A stretch of DNA of 64,000 nt from Prasinococcaceae sp. CCMP 1430 (Eukaryota; Plantae; Prasinodermophyta): assembly GCA_013416795.1 (NCBI GenBank), contig RQSC01000014.1:287597-351596 (forward strand), read 5' to 3'. The position numbers and the translations under genes are program-made. Positions within the stretch are counted from its first letter, which is position 1, and each line of letters opens with the position of its first letter. A model generated the notes under the pieces. It saw nothing but the letters and a program-made list of their open reading frames with translations. It was not told the origin of the DNA and searched no databases. Of this stretch, positions 23,142 through 33,000 are shown piece by piece.

Positions 23142-24995
23142 ATGGGCGCGGGAGGGGAGGGTGGCGGCGACGACGACGACGGCGTGGCCGGCGGGCAGCT
23201 CTCGATTGCAGCAGTCGCAGCGGCGGCGGCGCTGCTCGCGGTGAAGGACGCGGGCACAAGCGAAGAGATTTGGGCGACTGGTCGCACGCGACGCGCGCAC
23301 ACGCCCGCGTTCTCCGCCGCGCTCAGCGCCCAGCGCAAGCGTCCAGCGACTGCCGGGGCACCCGATGACGTCGACGAGGAAGAGGCGGCACTGCGCGCGG
23401 CGTACGTGCGTGGCTTTCGCGCAGCCGTGGACCCGCATCATGTTGATACCGCGTTCGAGGCCGTGAGTCGAGCGCATCGCCCCTTTCTGCTGCTCGGTGA
23501 CGCTGCCTTCGCCGCGTATTGGGAGGGCAAGCACGCCGTCGTGCCGGGGCGCACGCCGCCGGCGCTGCTCGCCGAGCAGGTCAACGCCGCACAGGAGACG
23601 CAGCGACAGCCGGGCGAGCGGGAGCGAAGCGGGAAGGAGGCTGCTGCCTTCACTGAGGCCGATGCGGCCGCACTCATCACCGAGGTCGACAACTCCGACT
23701 TGCTCGTCGCCGATGGCGCGCTGGCGGACGACGACCGCGCGCACTGGCTCGCCCTCGCGCGGCGGCAGGCGGCGGGCCCAGCGCGGCTAGTGGTCGGGTC
23801 GGCGGGATCGGCGACAGGTACAGCGGCGCTCGTGGCGGCAAAGCGCGTGGCGCGGCAGGCAGCCGCAGCCATGGCGAAAGAGGCGCGCGAGGGCGCGCGC
23901 GCCGCGCGTGCGAGTGGCCGTGCGTACGCGGCTGCCAACCTGCTCGCATACACCGCTGAGGCGGAGGCGGCAGTTGCAGACATGGCGGCGGCCGCCGCCG
24001 AGCGGCGACGACAGCGTGGGCAGCCGACCACCGGTGCTGTCCTTGACGTGCGCGTCTCGGCTGCGGCAGGCGTGCGAGTGAACGTCGTCCCCGCGCCTGC
24101 GCCGTCGCTCGCGGTCACACTCGCCGCAGCCTCGAAGGGTGCCGAGGGCGTGCCCACCATCCGCCCGTGCGCACTGCGCCTTGCGTTGTGCTTCCGTGGC
24201 ATTTGCGTGTCAGCACGGCAGGCGGCGCTGCTCGTGGCGCTTTTCCCTACGAGCGAGGCCGCCGCGAGCGGGGACGCGGCCGTGCCGGTGGGCGCGTGCG
24301 ACGCCGCCGCGCTTCACGAGGCGCTGGCAGGCGCAAGGCTGGATGCAGAGGGCATCACCGCGTCAGACGGTGACACTTCCTCCGTCCCGATGGTGAAGCC
24401 CGGTGCCACCGACGCTGCGGAGAGCGTCGACGCTCCAATGGCCGCCGCCGCGCGCCTGCTCGCCGCACGCAACACGTCGCTGGTGAGGGCCCTGCGCGTG
24501 CTAGACGCGACGGGGACGGGGGCAGTGTCCATGTCTGACTTCCGATACGCGCTCAAGATGGCGGGCTGCCGCTCGCTCGACAGGGCCACGATTTGTAGCG
24601 TGGCGGACGAGTTCCCTTTTCCGCCTGCGAGGCTCGCGTTGGGCAAGCCGGAACCGCGCGTGGCGTGGCCAAAGCTCGTGGCCAGCCTGGGCCCCGCGCT
24701 GGCGGCGGTGCTCGCCGAGGCGGCCGCACGGGGGCTCCCGGCGCGCCGCGCGCGCCCCGACGATCGCACGGCGGCGATGGGTGCGCTCGCTTCCGAGGTG
24801 TTCTCCGAGGCCGTCGCTGCCGCGTTCGCGTGCGAGGCGCTCGGTAACGCGGCAGCGCCCGCAGCTGTCGAGGACGCCGTGGCTGGTTGCGGCGAGTGGG
24901 CACTTGCTCGATGCCCGGGCACCGCGCCGGGCACAATCGACGGGCCGCTCGTGGGCATGGCGCTTCTCGCAGCGGTCGAGGCGGTCGAGGGCTGA
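23142..24995 (+). CDS. Uncharacterised Ala-rich protein with one EF-hand-like motif
   Basis: Long ORF with RALRVLDATGTGAVSMSDFRYAL (DxxGxG loop), followed by TGTAA at 25038. Confidence 0.55.
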   Translation: MGAGGEGGGDDDDGVAGGQLSIAAVAAAAALLAVKDAGTSEEIWATGRTRRAHTPAFSAALSAQRKRPATAGAPDDVDEEEAALRAAYVRGFRAAVDPHHVDTAFEAVSRAHRPFLLLGDAAFAAYWEGKHAVVPGRTPPALLAEQVNAAQETQRQPGERERSGKEAAAFTEADAAALITEVDNSDLLVADGALADDDRAHWLALARRQAAGPARLVVGSAGSATGTAALVAAKRVARQAAAAMAKEAREGARAARASGRAYAAANLLAYTAEAEAAVADMAAAAAERRRQRGQPTTGAVLDVRVSAAAGVRVNVVPAPAPSLAVTLAAASKGAEGVPTIRPCALRLALCFRGICVSARQAALLVALFPTSEAAASGDAAVPVGACDAAALHEALAGARLDAEGITASDGDTSSVPMVKPGATDAAESVDAPMAAAARLLAARNTSLVRALRVLDATGTGAVSMSDFRYALKMAGCRSLDRATICSVADEFPFPPARLALGKPEPRVAWPKLVASLGPALAAVLAEAAARGLPARRARPDDRTAAMGALASEVFSEAVAAAFACEALGNAAAPAAVEDAVAGCGEWALARCPGTAPGTIDGPLVGMALLAAVEAVEG

Positions 24996-25122
24996 GCTCC
25001 CTCGCCCTCTCGGGGCTCAGCGCCGTGCCGCGCTCCTTGTAATACATAATGGTTATGAGACAACGAGTGGCGGCTGAGCGGCGCATGCCCGCGCCGCGCG
25101 TGCGTCGTGACACGCCTGCGCC

Positions 25123-25752
25123 TCAAGCCTTCTTGACATAGCGGGCGATGGCCTCCTTGCCTTTGAAGTTGCGCGCGACGCGCTCCTGCGGCACCATCTC
25201 GCACGAGATCTTCTCAAAGCCACGCGGCACGAGGAGGTCCTCGACGTGCTCCGGCGTGAGCGCGTAGGGCGGGCCGCCCTCGTGGTCGGCGATGGGAAAG
25301 ACGAGCAGGACGATCTCGCCGCCCGGCGAGACTAGCTCGCTCATCTTGTCGCCCCACTTTGGCCTCCAGTCGGGGGGGATCGCGCAGAGGAAGGTGCAAT
25401 CGTACACGAGCGAGTACGCGCCCTTGTGGGCGAAGAAATCGCCCACCTCGACCCGCGCCTCGCCCTTGGGCTCCGCAGAGGGGACGAACTTCCGAGCGAC
25501 TTCCGCGGCCGTCTCGCTCAGCTCGAGCCCGACGACACTGCGCTCCGGGGACGCGAGCGCCGCGACCGCGTAGCCTCGGCCGCAGCCCGGCACGAGCGCC
25601 ACGCCGCCCGGCAGCGGCCGGCCGCCGTCGTCGCCATCGATGAGCGCCTGCAGCGCGGGCTCCACGCGGTCGGCGTCGAACGCCTCGCCGCGCCCGAGGC
25701 CCGCCTTCCATATGCCGTCCCACCTGTCGTGCTCGCCCGGCGCGCACGCCAT
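25123..25752 (-). CDS. HOL: SAM-dependent thiol/halide methyltransferase (TPMT/HOL family), 209 aa
   Basis: Motifs WDGIW, ALVPGCGRGY, VVGLELS, GDFF, YDCTFLCAIPP, W...M..L...GGEI and GGPPYAL. Confidence 0.88.
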   Translation of the reverse strand: MACAPGEHDRWDGIWKAGLGRGEAFDADRVEPALQALIDGDDGGRPLPGGVALVPGCGRGYAVAALASPERSVVGLELSETAAEVARKFVPSAEPKGEARVEVGDFFAHKGAYSLVYDCTFLCAIPPDWRPKWGDKMSELVSPGGEIVLLVFPIADHEGGPPYALTPEHVEDLLVPRGFEKISCEMVPQERVARNFKGKEAIARYVKKA

Positions 25753-25971
25753 CGCCTTCGCCTCCGCCCCTCTCTCACCCCTGGCCGGCCAGACCCGCGC
25801 ACACCAGCACCGGTACGCGAACCCTCCCGCCCACAACCCCAGCGCTGCCGAACGCGCGCCGCCGTGCTCGCACTGCGCGGGGCGCTGCGCGCGGCGTGCG
25901 CAACGCGGCGCGACACGTTGGCGGTGTGGCATGGTGCGACGCTCGTGGGCCAGGTCGGCGCACGGGCAGCG

Positions 25972-25974
<3 letters not shown>

Positions 25975-26023
<49 letters not shown>
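25975..26023. repeat. 49-nt C homopolymer (G49 on the minus strand)
   Basis: Counted directly; it lies in the DNAAF5-HOL intergenic region. Confidence 0.9.
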
Positions 26024-26325
26024 TGGCCCCCTTTCCCTGGGCACCGCTGCGGCGCGCGCCGCGCCTGCCGCAAGCACTGCGTGGACTTTGAGGATAGGAA
26101 TAGGGTTTTGTCGCGAGTGCATTTGGGGATAGGGCGAAGGAGAGGGTTTGGATGCGCACGGAACGGAAGCGCGGATCGGCCGGCCGACCCGCCGCAGCGC
26201 GCGCTAGCGCCGCGCAGCGCGTGGGGGACCGGGCGGCGAGGGCTACCTCCGGGGCACCACGCCGACGGGCGGGGGGCGCGCGCGCCATGCGCCACGTGGC
26301 AGGGCTGTGCGGTTTTCACAGTGAT

Positions 26326-29300
26326 TTACGTAGCGGCGTCACACGCGGCGACCACCCTATCGCAGTAGTGTGGCGCGCGGTGCTTGTGCCTCGCCTGCTG
26401 CACGACCTCCCTGACCTGTTTGGGCTTGCGGCGGGCGGCGGCCTCGAGCACGCGGCACGCCGCCTCTTGCATGCGCGCGTCGGGGTCGTCCATGTGCACG
26501 ACCACGCCCGCCGCGCAGTACTCAGAGTTGGCGTCGCAGTAGTCGGCCGGCGTGGCCTCCCAAAACGCCACGAGCGCCGCGCAGGCAGCCATTCGCACAT
26601 CGTCCGACGCGTCGTCGAGTCGCTTCAGCAGCTCAGGGTAGACTTTGCGGCGCAGATCATCGGTGAGCCCGGCGGCGCCTGTGAGTTGCAGCATCGCCGA
26701 GATGCACTGCGCGGCAGCCAGACGCGTGTCGGAGTAGTAGTGCTCGTCGAGCGCGCCCTGTAGCGCCCCCCACAACTCCGAGTTGCCAGCATCGGCGGTG
26801 AGCAGCTCGGCCAGCGCGCGTGCGTCGCACGTAGGGCTCGCAACGAGGCGCGCGATCGCGGCCACGGCTGCGTAGCGCACCGCGGCAGCCGAGCGCCCCA
26901 CCGCCCACTGCGCGCTCGGCAGGCATAGCTCGCGCAGCACGCGGCGTGTGAGCACGCCGAAGGCTGGCGCGGCAGCACCCGCCAGCAGACGCTCCAGCAG
27001 CTGCAACAGCGACAGGCGCAGACCAGCGTCGCGTTCCTTCTCCAGCGCCCGCGCCAGCGCGTCCACCACCGCCGGCACATGCGGCGAGAGCGCCGCATGC
27101 GCCGCGCAGCCCTCCACCAACGCCACGAACGACTCCGCCTCGGGCGCGCCACCCGACCAAAGCGCGGCCGTGCCGATGGCCTCTGAGAGCAGCGGTGCCG
27201 CGTGCGACAGGTACAGTTCCGTGAGCGCCGCCTCGCCCTCGCCCTCGGTAGCGGATGCCGCCTCCATCCCACGCCAAGCCAGAGCGAGCGAGCGCATTGT
27301 AGTGGTTGCGGTACGCCTTGCAGAGGCAGGGACCGCTTCGCTGTCGGCCGACGCATTGGCGACCCCCACCAGCGCGCGGAAGAGAGCTACTGTGGTCGCC
27401 TCGGCGCCCCCGCTCGAGTTGGCATCGCTCGAGTCGAAGGCGTGCGGCGCGGCGGCCACCAGCGCGGCCGCAGCTGCGGAGAGCTGCGTGCGCACTCCGG
27501 CGTGCTCAGAACAGCGCATGTCCTCGGCGGCGAGGGTGGTGGCAATTGCGGAGACCTCAGTGGCACCCACCGCACGTGCACTCCCACGAGCGGGCGCCGC
27601 GCGCAGCAGCGCTGCGACCACCACGAGCGCGCTCGCACGCTGCGCTGGTGCCGCGCGTTCGCCCGCCGCCAGTTCGGTGGCCAGCGGCACCCATGCGTGC
27701 GGAGCGCAGACGGCACCCACCGCCTCCGCAGCCGCCGCCACTGCCGCGGCCACAGCCGCATCGTCGTCCGCCACCGCGCTTGCGAGCGCGGGCACCACAG
27801 TGTCAAGGTGGGCCTCGAGCGCTTTCCCAGCGCACGCTGCGCACGCACGCAGCAGCCGCGCACCGCACAGCCGCGCGGTTGGTGTCCACTCGCGCAGCTG
27901 CGCGAGGGCATCGTCCACTAGCGCGCGCAGCACGGAGCGGACCAGCGTGCGCAGCACAGGACGAGCGGTGGGTGGCTCGCCCTCAACTAGAGGCAGCCAG
28001 CTCTCCGCGCCCTCGTCGACCCCGCTCTGCTGCTGCTCGCTGTCCTCGCCCGCGTCGGCCATCGCGGCGTCAGTCTCGTCACCAGCGGCCGCCTCGGCGG
28101 CCGTGTCGAGGTCCATCCCCTGCACGCCAGCCACGGCATCAGGCAGGCTCGCCACCGCACCTCCGACACCATCAAGGAGTGCCAGCGCGCGCACACGGAC
28201 CGTTTCTGCCTCGTCCGAGAGAGCCAACAGTAGGCTGGGTAGCAGCAGTGGCAGCAACGCCGCCGCGTCCGCGCGCGAGAGCTCGTGGCGCAACGTGGCC
28301 GCGGATGCCTCCACGCCCATCGGCACCAGCACGTCCGCGTCCGGCGCGTGACCCATCCACGCGGCGGCGGCGACGATTGCGCATTCGCGCACGGCGGGCG
28401 AACGATCGGCGCCCAACGCGCGCACGGCGGCCGACGCGCCCCCGGTGAGGCTTGCGGCAGCCGGGCTTACGCCGGGCGCGGCGCCCTTCGCGTCATTCTT
28501 GGCGCTGCCGTTCCCCTGAACGATGGCGAGCGCCGCCGGCGCGGTGCCCGCTGAGGAAATGGCGCAGTGGGTCGCCTGCAGCGCTGCCACACGCACGCGC
28601 GAGTGCTGGTGCCCCAGCGCACTCAGTGCCGCGGCCGCCACAGCTGCTGCGCTGTGCGCCGCCGGCCCCGGGGCACGCGCGGCCACGCCCGCCGAGAGCG
28701 CGCATGCCGCCTTCTTGACATCGGGGAAGTGGTCCGACATGCAGCGGCGCGCGATGAGCAGCAGATCGTCGACGAAGGGCTCAATCTGTGCCACGTCGCA
28801 GCGCTCGAGCACGGGCCCGCCGAAAGCTCGCACGAGCCCAAGCCTCAGCTCCTCACTGGGTTCGAGCGCGTCGCGCTTGAGCGCCGCGGCGCTGAGGCTT
28901 CCGTCGGCTCCCGCGGTCTGCGGTGCGTGCGCGAGCGGCGGCGCGAGCCTCGCCTTGGCAACCGGCACGAGCGTGGGCAAAACGCTCTCTGCGGGCGACT
29001 CCGCCCGCCGCAGGGCCGCCTCGATCACCTCGAAGGCGCCCACACGCACGCTCTCGACGCTGTCCTCGAGTAGAGCGCGCGTCAGAGGCTGCGCGAGCGT
29101 CGATCTGTACACCTCGGCGAACATCGCTGGTGACACGCCGGCATCCTCAGTCACGAAGGCGGCGCGTAGCGTTGCTGCACCGCGCTTGCGCGCCGCGCGC
29201 TCCGCCGACGCATCCGCCAGGCAGTTGGCCGAGCGCACGACCGCCTGCCGCAGCGCAGCTGCGTCACCTGCTGCTGCTGCGGCGGCCACCGCTGCTGCGA

Positions 29301-29631
29301 CGCCCGAAGCGGCGCAGGCGTCCTCCTGCTGCCTCGCCGCCTGCTTGGGCGCCGGCTGCGCTGTCGCCGCGGTTGCTTTTTCGTCGGCGCTAGGTGCTCG
29401 GAGGCCACCGATTACCGCCGGAGCCGCGCCCGCGCCCGCCGCGCCCGCGCCTGGCGCCGCGGGCGCTGCAGAGCGCTGCAGGCCCGCATACGGCGCGCCC
29501 GGCGCGGCCGCGCGTGCGGCGGTGCCTGGCGCGCTGTACGAGACGAACCCGCCGGTGGCGCCCGCCTTGGGCCGGGGCTGCTGCGACTTTAGCGCCGCCC
29601 AGATCGCCGACACGTCCTTCTTCCCGTCCAT
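26326..29631 (-). CDS. DNAAF5: DNAAF5/HEATR2-like HEAT-repeat protein, copy 1
   Basis: Motifs EPSEELRL, DHFPDVKKAAC, HQHSRVRVAAL, DRSPAVR, LSDE, LLKRLDDASDDVR and VHMDDPD...RHKHRAPHYCD. Confidence 0.8.
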   Translation of the reverse strand: MDGKKDVSAIWAALKSQQPRPKAGATGGFVSYSAPGTAARAAAPGAPYAGLQRSAAPAAPGAGAAGAGAAPAVIGGLRAPSADEKATAATAQPAPKQAARQQEDACAASGVAAAVAAAAAAGDAAALRQAVVRSANCLADASAERAARKRGAATLRAAFVTEDAGVSPAMFAEVYRSTLAQPLTRALLEDSVESVRVGAFEVIEAALRRAESPAESVLPTLVPVAKARLAPPLAHAPQTAGADGSLSAAALKRDALEPSEELRLGLVRAFGGPVLERCDVAQIEPFVDDLLLIARRCMSDHFPDVKKAACALSAGVAARAPGPAAHSAAAVAAAALSALGHQHSRVRVAALQATHCAISSAGTAPAALAIVQGNGSAKNDAKGAAPGVSPAAASLTGGASAAVRALGADRSPAVRECAIVAAAAWMGHAPDADVLVPMGVEASAATLRHELSRADAAALLPLLLPSLLLALSDEAETVRVRALALLDGVGGAVASLPDAVAGVQGMDLDTAAEAAAGDETDAAMADAGEDSEQQQSGVDEGAESWLPLVEGEPPTARPVLRTLVRSVLRALVDDALAQLREWTPTARLCGARLLRACAACAGKALEAHLDTVVPALASAVADDDAAVAAAVAAAAEAVGAVCAPHAWVPLATELAAGERAAPAQRASALVVVAALLRAAPARGSARAVGATEVSAIATTLAAEDMRCSEHAGVRTQLSAAAAALVAAAPHAFDSSDANSSGGAEATTVALFRALVGVANASADSEAVPASARRTATTTMRSLALAWRGMEAASATEGEGEAALTELYLSHAAPLLSEAIGTAALWSGGAPEAESFVALVEGCAAHAALSPHVPAVVDALARALEKERDAGLRLSLLQLLERLLAGAAAPAFGVLTRRVLRELCLPSAQWAVGRSAAAVRYAAVAAIARLVASPTCDARALAELLTADAGNSELWGALQGALDEHYYSDTRLAAAQCISAMLQLTGAAGLTDDLRRKVYPELLKRLDDASDDVRMAACAALVAFWEATPADYCDANSEYCAAGVVVHMDDPDARMQEAACRVLEAAARRKPKQVREVVQQARHKHRAPHYCDRVVAACDAAT

Positions 29632-29965
29632 CGCGTCCAAGGACCTCTATCTCTCGCCTTCCCCCACTCCCACCCACCCACCCACCCACCCANGGGCTCC
29701 GACCTCGGCAAGGCGCTGTCGGAGGACTACATCGACGCCGCCTACTCGGCGGCGGAGGGCGCCGTCGACTATGCATACGGGGACATCGAGCTCGACTACG
29801 AGGTCAAGGAGTCGCTCGCGCCCATCAAGGACGACGAGGACGAGAAGCGCAGCCAGGCGTCGCCGCCGCCGCGCGCGGCGTCGCCCCCGCCGCCCCCGCC
29901 GCCGATCGTCAGGAAGGAGTCCCCGCCGCCGCCCGGAGCGGCAGCGGCGTCGCCACCGCCACCAC

Positions 29966-30035
29966 AGAGCGGGCACGGCGGGGACGGCGATCATCACAGG
30001 AGAGCGGGCACGGCGGGGACGGCGATCATCACAGG
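29966..30035 (+). repeat. Perfect 35-nt tandem duplication
   Basis: AGAGCGGGCACGGCGGGGACGGCGATCATCACAGG at 29966-30000 and again at 30001-30035. Confidence 0.95.
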
Positions 30036-30077
30036 CACGGCGGCGGTAGCGGCCGCGCGGCCGCGGCCAACCCGGGC

Positions 30078-33000
30078 ATGGAGGCGTTCTGGGAGCTCGC
30101 GAGCGTGCACGCCTCGGACCGCGCTGCGGCGGTGCGCGTGCTAGCGGCGGCGACACCCTCCCTCGTCGACAGCACGTACACGCGCCGCCGGCTGTGCCGC
30201 GGCCTCGGGTCGGGCCGCGGCGGCGCACGACAAGGCTTTGCAGCAGCGCTCGCGCACCTCGTCGCCGACAGGGCCGGCTCGGACAGCGACTGGACGCCCG
30301 CGGCGGTCTTAGACGAGATGGACTCGGCGCTGGAGATCTCCGGCGGAATGAAGGGCCCGGAGGTCCGCGACGCGCTCATCGGGCGCGTGTTCGGCTTCGC
30401 GGCGCTCGCCCGTGCGCACGCGGCCGGTGCCGCGATGGGCGCAGACGCGTGGGCGCCGCGCTGCGTGGCGGGCCTCGTCGAGTGCTACCATGCCAAGGCG
30501 TTCCTGCGTGAGGCGGCCGTGGACGCCCTTCTGGCTGTCGCGGGCGCGCTAGACGACGCGGAGCTCGCGCGCCACGTGTGCGCGCACGAGGGCTTCGCTG
30601 CACTGCTGTGCGCACCCGCGGAGGAGCTCTCCGCCGAGGCGCTGCTGCTCGTCGTCCGGCTGCGCGCGCGGCTGCCGGCGGAGCTGCGCGCGCGCGTGGA
30701 GGTGCTCTCGCGGGACGCCGACGGTGGGGCGTGCGCGTCGAGCGACGACGCGCTCTTCGGCTCGGCGGCGGCCGTAGCTCGGCTCGTGCCTGCGCTTAGG
30801 GACGGCACGCGCGCGCACCCGCGGCTGCACTCGGTGTGGGGGGCGCTGCGCGAGGCGCTGCTACCTGACGGTGGCGACGACGAGAGCGCCGCGACGGAAG
30901 CGCGCCTGTGCACTTTCTGGCGTGCAGCAGTGGACAAGGGCCTTTGCGAGTCCAGCGGTGAGCGCCGCTACGCGGCGCTGAGCCTCGCGGTCGCATGGAT
31001 GCCCGCCGTGCCGCCGCGCGCGCTGCTACGCACGGCGCTCTCGCGTGACGTGCTGGCGACGGTCGTGGCGGGCATTGGCAGCGGCAAAAAGGGCAAGGGC
31101 GAGGGTGACAACCTCCTCACCAAAGCCGCCAAGGAGTGCCTGTCCTCCATCGTGGCCTTCGCGAGCTCGGCGGAGGGGCGCGCGCGCGGCGTCGGCGCGA
31201 GCCTCGCGCTTGGCCTGTTGCAGCACGCCGATGCGGGCGCGAAGCTGCTCGTGCGCGGCAGCGCGGTGGCGACTCTCGTCGACGAGCTCGACGAGGACGG
31301 CGTGGCGCAGTACGTAGACCAGCTTGAGGCCGATTTCCTCACGCCCAGCGTGGACGCGGCGGCCGATGCCGACGAAGATGAGACGGGCGTGCAGGGGGCG
31401 GAGACAGCAGAGGCGCGGGCGAACGCTGCCGCCCATGAGCACCGCTCCTGGGCGCTCACGCAGATGTGTGGCACGCACCGCCTGCCACAGCTGCCACGCT
31501 CGGCCCGCGCCGCGCTGCGCGCGCGCTCGGCGCGCTTTTTGGCGACGCACGCCTTCTTTGTGGCCAAGCCCTCCGCCAAGGGGGACAAGACGCCCTCGAA
31601 GCGGTCCAGAGGCGCCGCCAAGAAGACGGCGGCGGTCGCAACGCCGGCGCTGGTCGACACAACGCGCGCGCTCGCGGCCGCGCGCCTAATGTCCCTGCTT
31701 GCGGATTCGCTCAAGGAGCGACCGGAGGCGGGCGCTGATGGGGCCGGCAGCGAGGGCAGGGACGCGCCGGTGGCGATGAGCACCGCGACGCTCGATGCTG
31801 TATGTGCTCACGTGGACGAGTGCGAGGCGTCGCGCGAGTGGGAGCTCGCCGCCGAAATCAGTGAGGGTGTGGCGACGGCCCGCGCGACTCTCGCGGCGGC
31901 GCCAGGCGCGATGGCGCTGGAGGCTCCGGCGGGTGCGGGTGCAGGCGAGGGCGCAACGCGCGCGGCGGCGCGCGCGCTCATGAGCGCATTGCGCCTGTCG
32001 CTGCTCGCGCCTGACGCCGAGCACGCCGATGCATCTGAGGACCTTGTCTCCGCCCTCACCAAACTCTTTCCTGCGCCCACTAAGGCCAAGAAGACGCCTG
32101 CGAAAAAGTCGAAGAAGGCTGCTTCCGCTGACGCGGCAGAGGAAGAGCCGGAGCCGATGGATGTGCTTGTCGACGTCGTGCTCGCGGTCGAAGCGTCACC
32201 CTCGCCCCTTCTGCGTCCCCTGGCAGAGACGCTGTTCCGCGGCACGTGTGCGCGCGTCTCTCAAACCGGCCTCGCGGACATTGTGCGCGTTGTGACCACC
32301 GAATCAAACACTGCCACCGCTGCGGGTGACGATGACGGCGTGCTCGTTGAAGGTGACAGTGACGACGAGGGGAGCGACGAGGACGATTACGACGATGATA
32401 TGGAAAGCGACGAGGAAAGCGATGAGGGCGGTGACGGGGCGGGCGTCTTCGGCGTGGCGGGTGGCGCGGCGGCGCGCTCGCGAGGCAGCGTGGGTGCCCA
32501 GAGCAGTGACGACGAAAGCGACGGGAGTGGCTCCGGCTCGGAATCGGAATCAGAGGAGGACGGCATGGACATGGATGATGCCGCCATGTTCCGCACCGAC
32601 AAGGCGCTGTCCGCGCACCTTTCACTCGTGCGCGAGCGTGCGCGCGCGCGCCGTGAGGCCACACAGGCCCTGGAGCACTTCCGCTCACGTGCGTGCGGCC
32701 TGCTCGAGGCGTGCGCTGGGCGGCGACCGTGTCCCGCGCACGCATTCGTCGACGTCGTGCCCCAGCTGCTCGCACTGGTCTCGAAGGCTGTTGTGACGTC
32801 AAAGGGAGCAGCTACTGACGCAAGCAGGGGGTCGCAGGCGCAGCTCACCGCGCTCGGCTCGCGCGTGGCTGGCCTACTCAAGCGTCTCTCAAGCGCCGAC
32901 GTGGCGCGCGGCGAAGCCGGCGAAGCCGCGGCTCTGGGCGACGCCGCTGCCGCGGCGTTGGCGAAGGTGCTCTCGCGCTCCCGCAAGCAGAGCAAGGCAC

